This document shows positions 56,303 to 64,000 of a DNA stretch of 64,000 bases, in pieces (the first letter of the stretch is position 1; each line of letters begins with the position of its first letter). Below the pieces are notes generated by a model. The model searched no databases, was not told the DNA's origin, and saw nothing but the letters and a program-made list of their open reading frames with translations. This DNA comes from Bacteroidales bacterium (GTDB lineage: Bacteria > Bacteroidota > Bacteroidia > Bacteroidales > WCHB1-69). A program made the position numbers and the translations under genes. The DNA is taken from the NCBI GenBank assembly GCA_017438945.1, contig JAFRUI010000014.1:146360-210359 (forward strand), in the 5' to 3' direction.

Positions 56303-58726
56303 ATGATAAAAGATATTATTACACTAGGCGGTTTTATGAATGGCGAGTCGAATGTCATCCCCATCCTTTCGGTGGATGATGAGATCAAGCTCAGCGAGGA
56401 GTCTGTGCCGGAAGAAGTGCCTCTTCTTCCGCTGCGTAATACCGTGCTGTTCCCCGGAATGGTCATCCCGATCACGGTCGGGCGTGAGAAATCTTTGAAA
56501 CTGGCCCGTGACTGCGCCAACAGCGATGAACTTATCGGGGTGGTCGCTCAGCGCGATAACAGCGTGGAAGACCCTACCATCAAGGACATGTACCGCATTG
56601 GCACCATCGCCCGTATCCTCAAAACACTCAACATCCCCGACGGCAATGTCATGATGGTTGTGCAGGGCGTCAAACCTTTTGAGATAGGAAGAGTCGTCCA
56701 TTCACGCCCTTACTACAGATGCTTCGCCCATCCGTTCCTGACCAACGATTTGGATCCAGATGTTATTGAATCAGAGGAGTTTAAAGCAAAGATGATCATG
56801 ATCCGGGAGACCATGAGCAACATTATGCAGCTGACTCCCGGCACCCCGCGCGATGCCATGGCCGCCGTGAATAATATCGAAAGCAATACTTTCCTGCTCA
56901 ATTTTATTGTCTCTAACCTCACCCTTACGGTGGAGGAAAAGCAGGATGTGCTGGAAACCCAGGATATCATGATCCGTGCCGACAAGGTGCTGTCCATGTT
57001 AACCCACGAATTGCAGGTGGTGGAAATCAAACACCAAATTCACACCAAATCCAGCAAAGAGATGGAGAAGCAGCAGCGTGAGTATATCCTGAACCAGCAG
57101 ATGAAGACTATTCAGGAGGAACTTGGCGGTCCATCCACGGAAAAGGATTTCGACGACCTTCGTGAGCGCGCGGCCAAGAAAAAGTGGGATCAGGAGACGG
57201 CGGACCTTTTCGACAAAGAGTTCAAGAAACTGCAACGCACCAACTATATGTCCCCTGACTACTCCGTGCAACTCAACTATTTGGAGTTGCTGCTGGATCT
57301 GCCGTGGAACGAGTATAGCGAGGACAATTTCGACTTGAAGAAGACTCGCGAAATACTTGACAAGGACCACTATGGTTTGGAGAAGGTGAAAGAGCGTATT
57401 CTCGAATATCTGGCTGTTTTGAAGCTGAAAGGAGACATGAAATCCCCGATTCTCTGCTTGGCAGGGCCTCCGGGTGTGGGCAAGACTTCTCTTGGCCGCT
57501 CCATCGCGGAATCCATCGGTCGGAAATATGTCCGCATCTCCCTCGGCGGCGTGCATGACGAAGCGGAGATCCGTGGTCACCGCAAGACCTACATCGGCGC
57601 CATGCCCGGTCGCATCATCCAAAACATGCGCAAAGTGGGCTACGCCAACCCCGTTTTCGTGCTGGACGAAATCGACAAGGTGTCCGGCATGGGCGTCAAC
57701 GGCGACCCTTCAGCGGCTCTTCTCGAGGTGATGGATCCCGAACAGAACAGCACCTTCAACGACAACTATCTCGAAACCCCGTTCGACCTCTCCAAAGTGC
57801 TCTTCATCGCCACCGCCAACAATCTCAACAGCATTCACCCCGCTTTGCTCGACCGTATGGAAATCATTGACATTCCCGGCTATCTGGCGGAGGAGAAGTT
57901 GGCTATCGCTATGAAACATCTTATCCCCAAGCAACTGAAAGACAATGGGTTGAACGAAGAACAACTTACAATTCCCGAAGAGACGGTAAAGCTGGTCATC
58001 AGCGATTATACCCGGGAATCAGGCGTGCGCGGCTTGGAACGCACTATCGCCAAGATCATCCGCAAACGCGCGGCAAAACTCGTGCAGGACGGTGCCATGG
58101 ATCCTGTCGTGAAACCAGATGAGCTGAAAGATATTCTCGGATCCCCGATTTTCCAGATGGAGAAAGCTCTCGACAAGGATGTGTTTGGAGTCGCCACAGG
58201 GCTGGCCTGGACGGCCGTGGGGGGTGAGATCCTTTTTGTGGAGGCTCTCACGAGTGCAGGGAAAGGCGAGCTTTCTATGACAGGCAACCTCGGTGACGTG
58301 ATGAAAGAGTCGGCCACCATTGCTTACGAGTACCTGAAAGCCCACGCTGCTGACTATCACGTTGATCCTGAAGATTTTAACAATAAAAAGGTACATGTTC
58401 ATGTGCCTGAAGGGGCAACTCCGAAAGACGGTCCTTCCGCAGGTATCACCATCCTCACCGCTTTAGTGTCTGCTTTCACGCAAACGCCTGTGCGCGAGAA
58501 GATTGCCATGACCGGCGAAATCACCCTGCGTGGAAAACTCCTGCCCGTGGGCGGCATCAAGGAGAAAATCCTGGCAGCCAAACGCTGCGGCATCTTCGAC
58601 ATCGTGATGTCCAAGGAAAACAAGAAGGACATTGACGATATTAAGGAAAACTTCATCGATGGAATGACCTTCCACTACTTTGAATCGATGAAAGAGGCGG
58701 TTAAGTTCAATTTTAATTGGAAATAA
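56303..58726 (+). CDS. lon: ATP-dependent Lon protease
   Basis: 807 aa with GPPGVGKTS and the protease motif PKDGPSAG. Confidence 0.98.
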   Translation: MIKDIITLGGFMNGESNVIPILSVDDEIKLSEESVPEEVPLLPLRNTVLFPGMVIPITVGREKSLKLARDCANSDELIGVVAQRDNSVEDPTIKDMYRIGTIARILKTLNIPDGNVMMVVQGVKPFEIGRVVHSRPYYRCFAHPFLTNDLDPDVIESEEFKAKMIMIRETMSNIMQLTPGTPRDAMAAVNNIESNTFLLNFIVSNLTLTVEEKQDVLETQDIMIRADKVLSMLTHELQVVEIKHQIHTKSSKEMEKQQREYILNQQMKTIQEELGGPSTEKDFDDLRERAAKKKWDQETADLFDKEFKKLQRTNYMSPDYSVQLNYLELLLDLPWNEYSEDNFDLKKTREILDKDHYGLEKVKERILEYLAVLKLKGDMKSPILCLAGPPGVGKTSLGRSIAESIGRKYVRISLGGVHDEAEIRGHRKTYIGAMPGRIIQNMRKVGYANPVFVLDEIDKVSGMGVNGDPSAALLEVMDPEQNSTFNDNYLETPFDLSKVLFIATANNLNSIHPALLDRMEIIDIPGYLAEEKLAIAMKHLIPKQLKDNGLNEEQLTIPEETVKLVISDYTRESGVRGLERTIAKIIRKRAAKLVQDGAMDPVVKPDELKDILGSPIFQMEKALDKDVFGVATGLAWTAVGGEILFVEALTSAGKGELSMTGNLGDVMKESATIAYEYLKAHAADYHVDPEDFNNKKVHVHVPEGATPKDGPSAGITILTALVSAFTQTPVREKIAMTGEITLRGKLLPVGGIKEKILAAKRCGIFDIVMSKENKKDIDDIKENFIDGMTFHYFESMKEAVKFNFNWK

Positions 58727-58727
58727 G

Positions 58728-59786
58728 ATGGCAAATCCCTATTACGAATCGGCATTGACGGAGCGCGCGGGCGTGGAACAACCCATGCAGGTGAATCCGC
58801 ATTTTAAACGGCACAAAAAAGTCGAGCTGACCGTGGACGATTACGTGAAGGGGATTTTGAACGGCGACCGTACCATCCTAAGCCGGGCCATCACCATGAT
58901 AGAGAGCGAGAATCCCACACACATCGCGATGGCGCAGGACATCATTGAACGTTGCCTTCCCCATTCGGGCAATTCGTTGCGCATTGGCATCACGGGTGTG
59001 CCGGGGGTGGGCAAGAGCACGTTCATCGAGTCTTTCGGCGGGATGTTGACCGCGCAAGGCCACAAGTTGGCGGTGCTGGCCATTGACCCGTCAAGTGAGC
59101 GCACGAAAGGCAGCATTTTGGGTGACAAAACCCGCATGGAAACGCTTTCCGTCGATCCGAACGCCTTTATTCGCCCTTCGCCCTCCGGTTCCGCATTGGG
59201 CGGCGTGGCCCGCAAGACCCGCGAATCCATCATTCTTTGCGAGGCCGCCGGCTTCGACACCATCATCGTGGAGACCGTGGGGGTTGGACAGTCGGAAACC
59301 GTGGTCAAGTCCATGGTCGATTTCTTCCTGTTGTTGATGCTGGCCGGTGCTGGCGACGAACTGCAGGGCATCAAGCGCGGCATTATGGAAATGGCTGATG
59401 CATTGGTGATTAACAAGGCAGACGGTGACAACCTGCCCAAGGCAAAGGGTGCTGCCTCGCAGTACCGTGCTGCTTTGAAACTCTTCCCCAAGAGCGACAA
59501 TGGCTGGGAAGTGCCCGTGGAGGTCTGCTCCGCCCGGGAATGTTTCGCCTTGGACAAAGTGTGGCAGATCATTCAGGATTTCGTCACGCTCACCAAAGGA
59601 AACGGTAGTTTTGATAGAACCCGTAACGAGCAGTTGATCAACATTTTCTACCATTGGATAGAATACACTTTACATAACCGTTTCTACAATAACGAAGCCA
59701 CTCAAGCGCGCATTGACGAGCTGATTCCGAAAATTCAGTCGAAGCAGATTTCGCCTTACATGGCCGCTGCGAAATTGACGGAATAA
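58728..59786 (+). CDS. meaB: MeaB/ArgK-type G3E GTPase
   Basis: GITGVPGVGKSTFIE, ETVGVGQSE and NKADG. Confidence 0.88.
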   Translation: MANPYYESALTERAGVEQPMQVNPHFKRHKKVELTVDDYVKGILNGDRTILSRAITMIESENPTHIAMAQDIIERCLPHSGNSLRIGITGVPGVGKSTFIESFGGMLTAQGHKLAVLAIDPSSERTKGSILGDKTRMETLSVDPNAFIRPSPSGSALGGVARKTRESIILCEAAGFDTIIVETVGVGQSETVVKSMVDFFLLLMLAGAGDELQGIKRGIMEMADALVINKADGDNLPKAKGAASQYRAALKLFPKSDNGWEVPVEVCSARECFALDKVWQIIQDFVTLTKGNGSFDRTRNEQLINIFYHWIEYTLHNRFYNNEATQARIDELIPKIQSKQISPYMAAAKLTE

Positions 59787-59809
59787 TTCGCTCACGTCCT
59801 AAAAAAATG

Positions 59810-59817
59810 TATCTTTG
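59810..59817 (+). promoter_or_regulatory. -7 box TATCTTTG
   Basis: 23 nt upstream of ATG 59840. The track start at 59807 lies inside this box. Confidence 0.5.
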
Positions 59818-59839
59818 CGCGTTTAAAAAAATAGGTGAG

Positions 59840-61486
59840 ATGAAACGCTTCGTTCTTTACAGTCTTCTGACTTTCACAATGTTATGCGCTATGGCGCAGC
59901 CCAAAGCCATCAAGAATGTTATTTTGATGATTCCTGATGGCACCTCCACCAGTCTGCTCTCCGCAGCTCGATGGTACCAAACCTACATGGATTCCAACAG
60001 CACTACTTTGAATATAGACCCGTACATCTGCGGGCTTGTGCGTACGCACTCCTCTGATGCGCCCATCGGCGACTCGGCACCCACCACTTCCTGCTACGTC
60101 TCAGGACAACCTTCACAAACAGGTTTTATCTCTACCTATCCCGTGGCTACTGACCACGATTTGGTCCCCATAGATGCCACTCGCGCTTACCAACCTTTGG
60201 CCACCGTGCTGGAAGCCGCTAAAATCCTGCAGCACAAATCTACAGGATTGGTTTTCACCTGCGAATTCCCGCACGCCACCCCCGCCGACTGTTCCGCACA
60301 TACCTATAAACGCAGCAAGTACGGCATGATTGCCCCGCAAATGGCTCATAACCATCTGGATGTGGTAATGGGCGGCGGTGTGAAATATCTCTCCGAGAAA
60401 CTTCAAAACGACCTGAAAGAGACCGGTTACAATGTATATTTGGATGATATACAGGGTTTCAGAAAGTGTAACAAAACCCCAGTCTGGGCTCTTTTCGGCG
60501 AAACCTCCATGCCTTACTGGCTGGAAGCAGACAAACAGAAAATGCCATCATTAGCCGAAATGACACAAAAAGCCATCGAGTTGCTTTCCAAAGATGAGGA
60601 TGGGTTTTTCCTGATGGTGGAGGGTAGTAAAGTTGATTGGGCTGCCCACGACAATGACGCCAAAAATGCTGTCATAGAGTTTCTGGAGTTCGACAAGGCC
60701 TGTGGCGTGGCCCTCGATTTTGCCAAGAAAAACGGCGAAACCGTCGTGGTGATTCTGCCCGACCACGGCACGGGTGCCGTCACGATCGGCAACCCCAAAG
60801 CCAGCCGTGACGGTTATGACAAGTTGTCGCTTAAACAACTCATGAGCCCCATCGACCACTACCAACTTTCCAACTGGTCCATGGGGGAGAAACTCAAAGC
60901 GGTTGATACCACTCAATGGCCTCAAATCTTCGAAACCTATTTCGGTTTCACCCCACAACCCGCTGAAATCACTTATCTTGCTACCGCTAAGGATTACGAC
61001 AAATCCTCATTCTCCAAAGAAGAGCGCAAAGACAATCTTTCGATGTGCAAAATGCTCAGCCAAGTGCTGTATAATCGCACCTATTTCGGCTTCACCACAT
61101 TCGGACACACTATTGAGAATGTTTTTTTGGCTGTATATCACCCTCAAAACGACATACTTAGGGGCGTTCCTACCAATATCGATGTTTTCAACTATCTGTG
61201 CCGCCAGATGGGTCTGACGGACAAAATGGACAGCTTGACCTCAGACATCTATGCTGACCATCATCAGGTTTTTGAAGGTTATGACATGAAAATTGACAGT
61301 TTGGACAAATACCATTATCGTTTGACGGTCAAAAACAGGCGTAATGTGCTGGTGGCTGACAGTTATGAAAACTATTTCACTATCAACAATAAAAAAGTAG
61401 ACCTGGAGTCTGTGATTGTCTATATGGACAAGAACAAAACATTTTATCTACCAAAGGAGTTGAGATTATATATTGAGTTAAAATAA
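59840..61486 (+). CDS. Alkaline phosphatase family protein with a C-terminal extension
   Basis: Signal peptide, MIPDGTS, DSAPTTSCY (Ser nucleophile context), VDWAAHDND and DHGTG. Confidence 0.8.
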   Translation: MKRFVLYSLLTFTMLCAMAQPKAIKNVILMIPDGTSTSLLSAARWYQTYMDSNSTTLNIDPYICGLVRTHSSDAPIGDSAPTTSCYVSGQPSQTGFISTYPVATDHDLVPIDATRAYQPLATVLEAAKILQHKSTGLVFTCEFPHATPADCSAHTYKRSKYGMIAPQMAHNHLDVVMGGGVKYLSEKLQNDLKETGYNVYLDDIQGFRKCNKTPVWALFGETSMPYWLEADKQKMPSLAEMTQKAIELLSKDEDGFFLMVEGSKVDWAAHDNDAKNAVIEFLEFDKACGVALDFAKKNGETVVVILPDHGTGAVTIGNPKASRDGYDKLSLKQLMSPIDHYQLSNWSMGEKLKAVDTTQWPQIFETYFGFTPQPAEITYLATAKDYDKSSFSKEERKDNLSMCKMLSQVLYNRTYFGFTTFGHTIENVFLAVYHPQNDILRGVPTNIDVFNYLCRQMGLTDKMDSLTSDIYADHHQVFEGYDMKIDSLDKYHYRLTVKNRRNVLVADSYENYFTINNKKVDLESVIVYMDKNKTFYLPKELRLYIELK

Positions 61487-61552
61487 GATATAGAACGTAT
61501 AATTTTTTTTAGAAAAAAGCGTTAAACACGATCAAATAAGTAAAAAAAGAAT

Positions 61553-62500
61553 ATGGAAACCACAAATTCAATGAATTACGGAGGACAGAGTCAGAACAAC
61601 AATCAGGAAAATCCTCTGAAGAAATGGGTGATTATTTTGGGCGCTTTGGCAGGACTTTTCTTCTGCACCACGATTTATTTCGCTCGCTTTGCAAAACCGA
61701 CCATGAATAAGGTCTACACTCAAGTGGAGACGAAAAACATGGAATTGCAAAACGAGTTGGATGCGCTCATGGCTGAGCATAACCGCATCAAGGAGCAGTA
61801 TGGCGATCTTTCCGATCAGTTGAGCGAGAAAGACAGCATCATCATGGCCAATGCCGCGGAAATCGAGAAGCTGATTAACTCCCAAGCGGATTATAACCGT
61901 ATCAAGAAGCAGCTGGCACGTTTGCAGAATATTTCGCAAGAGTATGTTCAAGAAATGGACAAACTCTATCAAGAGAATAAAGCGCTGAAAGAGGAGAACC
62001 AGCAGGTGCGCGCCACTTTGGAACAAGAGCGTGAGGTCACCCGTAATATTCAGAAATCCAATGAGGATTTGTCTCAGAAGATCAGTAATGCCGCTACTTT
62101 CAAGGCATACAACATCAAGAGTTCCGGCTATCTGGTGCGCAATAAAGGCACAGAGGAACCCACAGAAAAAGCCAGTAAGGTGAAACGGATCAAAACCACC
62201 TTGATGCTGGGCGAGAACTCCTTGATTGAACCGGGTCCGGTGAACATCTACTGCCGTATCGCCATTCCGGAAACCGGCAAGGTGTTGACGATGGGTACGG
62301 GCGACACTTATTCGTTCGTCCATAACGGACAACGTCTGCAATATTCGTGCAAAACGGTGGTGAACTATAACAACAAAGCTGAAAACATCGACCTGAATTG
62401 GGATCTGATGTCCGATGACAAGGCTATCAAGGGCCAGTATAGCGTGCAGGTATATACGGACGACCAGTTCCTTGGCGAAACTTTCTTCACTTTGAAGTAA
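61553..62500 (+). CDS. Membrane-anchored coiled-coil protein, function unknown
   Basis: 315 aa with one TM segment, about 130 aa of coiled coil and a beta-rich C-terminal domain. Confidence 0.6.
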   Translation: METTNSMNYGGQSQNNNQENPLKKWVIILGALAGLFFCTTIYFARFAKPTMNKVYTQVETKNMELQNELDALMAEHNRIKEQYGDLSDQLSEKDSIIMANAAEIEKLINSQADYNRIKKQLARLQNISQEYVQEMDKLYQENKALKEENQQVRATLEQEREVTRNIQKSNEDLSQKISNAATFKAYNIKSSGYLVRNKGTEEPTEKASKVKRIKTTLMLGENSLIEPGPVNIYCRIAIPETGKVLTMGTGDTYSFVHNGQRLQYSCKTVVNYNNKAENIDLNWDLMSDDKAIKGQYSVQVYTDDQFLGETFFTLK

Positions 62501-62528
62501 AGGTTCATACTTAAAACTTTTGGATGAC

Positions 62529-63476
62529 ATGGTTAGTAGGCGTTATTTGAGAATCAAGACAATGCAGGCGTTATATGCGTATAACGCTAATCCTAAGGCA
62601 AACATGGCAAGCGCAGAAGCTGATTTGCTGAAATCTGTCCGCAGCTGCTATGCACTGTTCCTCTGGCTATTCGCTTTGCTGCCGGAAATCGCTTTTTACC
62701 GAACAAAAAAACTGGAAAGTCTGAAAGAAAAATATAACCCTACGGCAGAAGACTTGAACCCCAACACCAGATTCGTGAACAATGCGGTGATCCGGCAGAT
62801 TGAAAACAACAAAGAACTCCAGCAACTTTGGCCCAAATACCATGTCCTTTGGGAAGATGAAACGGATCTGATCGCCAAATTGTTCCGTGAAATAGAGCAG
62901 CTGCCTGAATACGAAGTGTATATGTCGGGGCGCGAAAATGATTACCAAGAAGACAAAAAGTTTGTACTGACGGTGATAGAGAAGGTTTTCGCTGACAACG
63001 ACTTGCTGCATTGGTACTTGGGTGAAAAAAACACGCATTGGATAGATGACTATGATGAAGCAATGATGATGCTTTATCAGAATGTGAAAGATTTCAAAGA
63101 GGCCAAGGGCGATGAATGTAAAATAGATTCCTTATACAAAAGTTCCGATGATGAACTTTTCTGCAAGCAGCTGTTCCGCAAGACGCTTGAACATGCGGAC
63201 GAATATACCCAGCTGATTGAGGGAAAACTCCAGAATTGGGAATTGGAAAGGGTCATCAACTTGGACATGCTTTTGATGCAGATGGCTTTGGCCGAGCTGC
63301 TCGAATTCCCCCAAATTCCCATCAAAGTGACGTTGAACGAGTATATAGAGATGGCGAAATGGTACAGTTCGGAGAAAAGCAAGGTGTTTGTCAACGGCAT
63401 CTTGGATCGTCTGATTGTGGATTTGCGCGATAACGGACGCATAGTGAAAACGGGGAGAGGGTTGTATCAGAATTGA
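62529..63476 (+). CDS. nusB: Transcription antitermination factor NusB (long Bacteroidota form)
   Basis: RRYLRIKTMQALYAY N-terminus and C-terminal KVFVNGILDRL. The start is TTG 62520 or ATG 62529. Confidence 0.8.
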   Translation: MVSRRYLRIKTMQALYAYNANPKANMASAEADLLKSVRSCYALFLWLFALLPEIAFYRTKKLESLKEKYNPTAEDLNPNTRFVNNAVIRQIENNKELQQLWPKYHVLWEDETDLIAKLFREIEQLPEYEVYMSGRENDYQEDKKFVLTVIEKVFADNDLLHWYLGEKNTHWIDDYDEAMMMLYQNVKDFKEAKGDECKIDSLYKSSDDELFCKQLFRKTLEHADEYTQLIEGKLQNWELERVINLDMLLMQMALAELLEFPQIPIKVTLNEYIEMAKWYSSEKSKVFVNGILDRLIVDLRDNGRIVKTGRGLYQN

Positions 63477-63507
63477 TAATGGATAATTGATAATGGATAA
63501 TTGATAA
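63473..63507. repeat. Heptamer array, 5 units (TTGATAA TGGATAA) alternating
   Basis: The nusB TGA lies in unit 1, and the ATG of the next gene begins at the last base of unit 5. Confidence 0.92.
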
Positions 63508-63974
63508 TGAGAAAGACGACAATATTGTTAATGTTAACCATCGGATTGGTGTTTGGTGGGTGTCATCGGAAGCCCGCCAAGGAAGGCGATTTTTCGGTGA
63601 AGGATGTGCATATCCCGCAGACTGCCGAAGGAATGTCTGCCAAGGATGCTGAAAAGCTCCCAGTCATTGAATTTGAAACCAAAACGTACGACTTTGGGGA
63701 TGTAATAGAAGGCGAGAGGCTGACGTATGCTTTCAAGTTCAAAAATACAGGTAAGTCAAATCTGATTATCTATTCTTCCGAAGCTACTTGCGGCTGCACC
63801 ACCTCGCAGCCTCCAAAGGCACCTGTCCGTCCGGGTGAGAGCGGGGAAATTGTCGTCACGTTCGACTCCAAGGGTCAGAAAGGCAAAGTGCAGAAACGGG
63901 TCTTGGTAGGCGCCAACACCTATCCCGTGGAAACCATCCTGACCATCACTGCGAATGTGTCGTCGAGTAAGTGA
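63507..63974 (+). CDS. DUF1573 domain lipoprotein
   Basis: FKFKNTGKSNLII...ATCGCTTSQPPK...PGESGEIVVTFDS. Confidence 0.8.
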   Translation: MRKTTILLMLTIGLVFGGCHRKPAKEGDFSVKDVHIPQTAEGMSAKDAEKLPVIEFETKTYDFGDVIEGERLTYAFKFKNTGKSNLIIYSSEATCGCTTSQPPKAPVRPGESGEIVVTFDSKGQKGKVQKRVLVGANTYPVETILTITANVSSSK

Positions 63975-64000
63975 ACAGTGATAAGTGAACAGTGATTAGT
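63969..64000. repeat. Heptamer/14-mer array (AAGTGAA CAGTGAT) x2 plus a partial unit, running off the window
   Basis: Contains the stop codon of the DUF1573 gene. Confidence 0.85.

Noticed and set aside
59807-59839. The track start codon at 59807 for the alkaline phosphatase. The analogous upstream starts are 4517, 21455, 26511, 28351 and 4080.
   Set aside because: These extensions translate the TAnnTTTG promoter box or palindromes. An internal ATG followed by a signal peptide or a conserved N-terminus fits better.
1626-64000. The heptamer arrays as possible CRISPR arrays, MITEs or coding repeats.
   Set aside because: The units are only 7 nt, contiguous, with no spacers and no terminal inverted repeats. 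The period is not a multiple of 3, and the arrays lie outside well-supported CDSs.

Overview
This is a Bacteroidota (Bacteroidales-like) chromosomal segment of roughly 50% GC. The assignment rests on the T9SS translocon SprA, a type-B T9SS cargo protein, TAnnTTTG -7 promoter boxes about 20-50 nt upstream of most start codons, and the absence of Shine-Dalgarno sites.

The backbone is housekeeping: nif3 plus its zinc-ribbon partner, rpsO-pnp, tRNA-Thr-tuf-tRNA-Trp, rfbD and rfbC, a ClC channel, GH97, GH29, sprA-ruvA-comEC, recA, ruvB, L31, lon-meaB, an alkaline phosphatase and nusB.

Low-GC accessory islets interrupt the backbone, most clearly inside a galM / galK / SGLT galactose locus. They include a ParE-type TA pair, a HigB/XRE-like pair, an ECF sigma operon, orphan secreted proteins, a DUF4143 ATPase, a VanX-like dipeptidase and a truncated ldcA. 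No integrase, transposase, rRNA or CRISPR array is visible.

The observations most worth follow-up:
1. Nearly every intergenic spacer is built from tandem units of exactly 7 nt, with several unit families. The arrays usually start at the stop codon and end just before the next promoter box.
2. A cassette-like mosaic is framed by three partial copies of one small membrane-protein gene, and the last copy is fused in frame to galM.
3. A two-cysteine DsrC-type protein sits next to a NarI/DsrM-like membrane protein, with no DsrAB or DsrK in the window.
4. WbpE/WbpD sugar-modification genes abut a T9SS type-B cargo gene.
5. An orphan gene is bracketed by 32-nt direct repeats that duplicate the galK promoter-leader.

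All family calls were made by eye from motifs. No searches were run.
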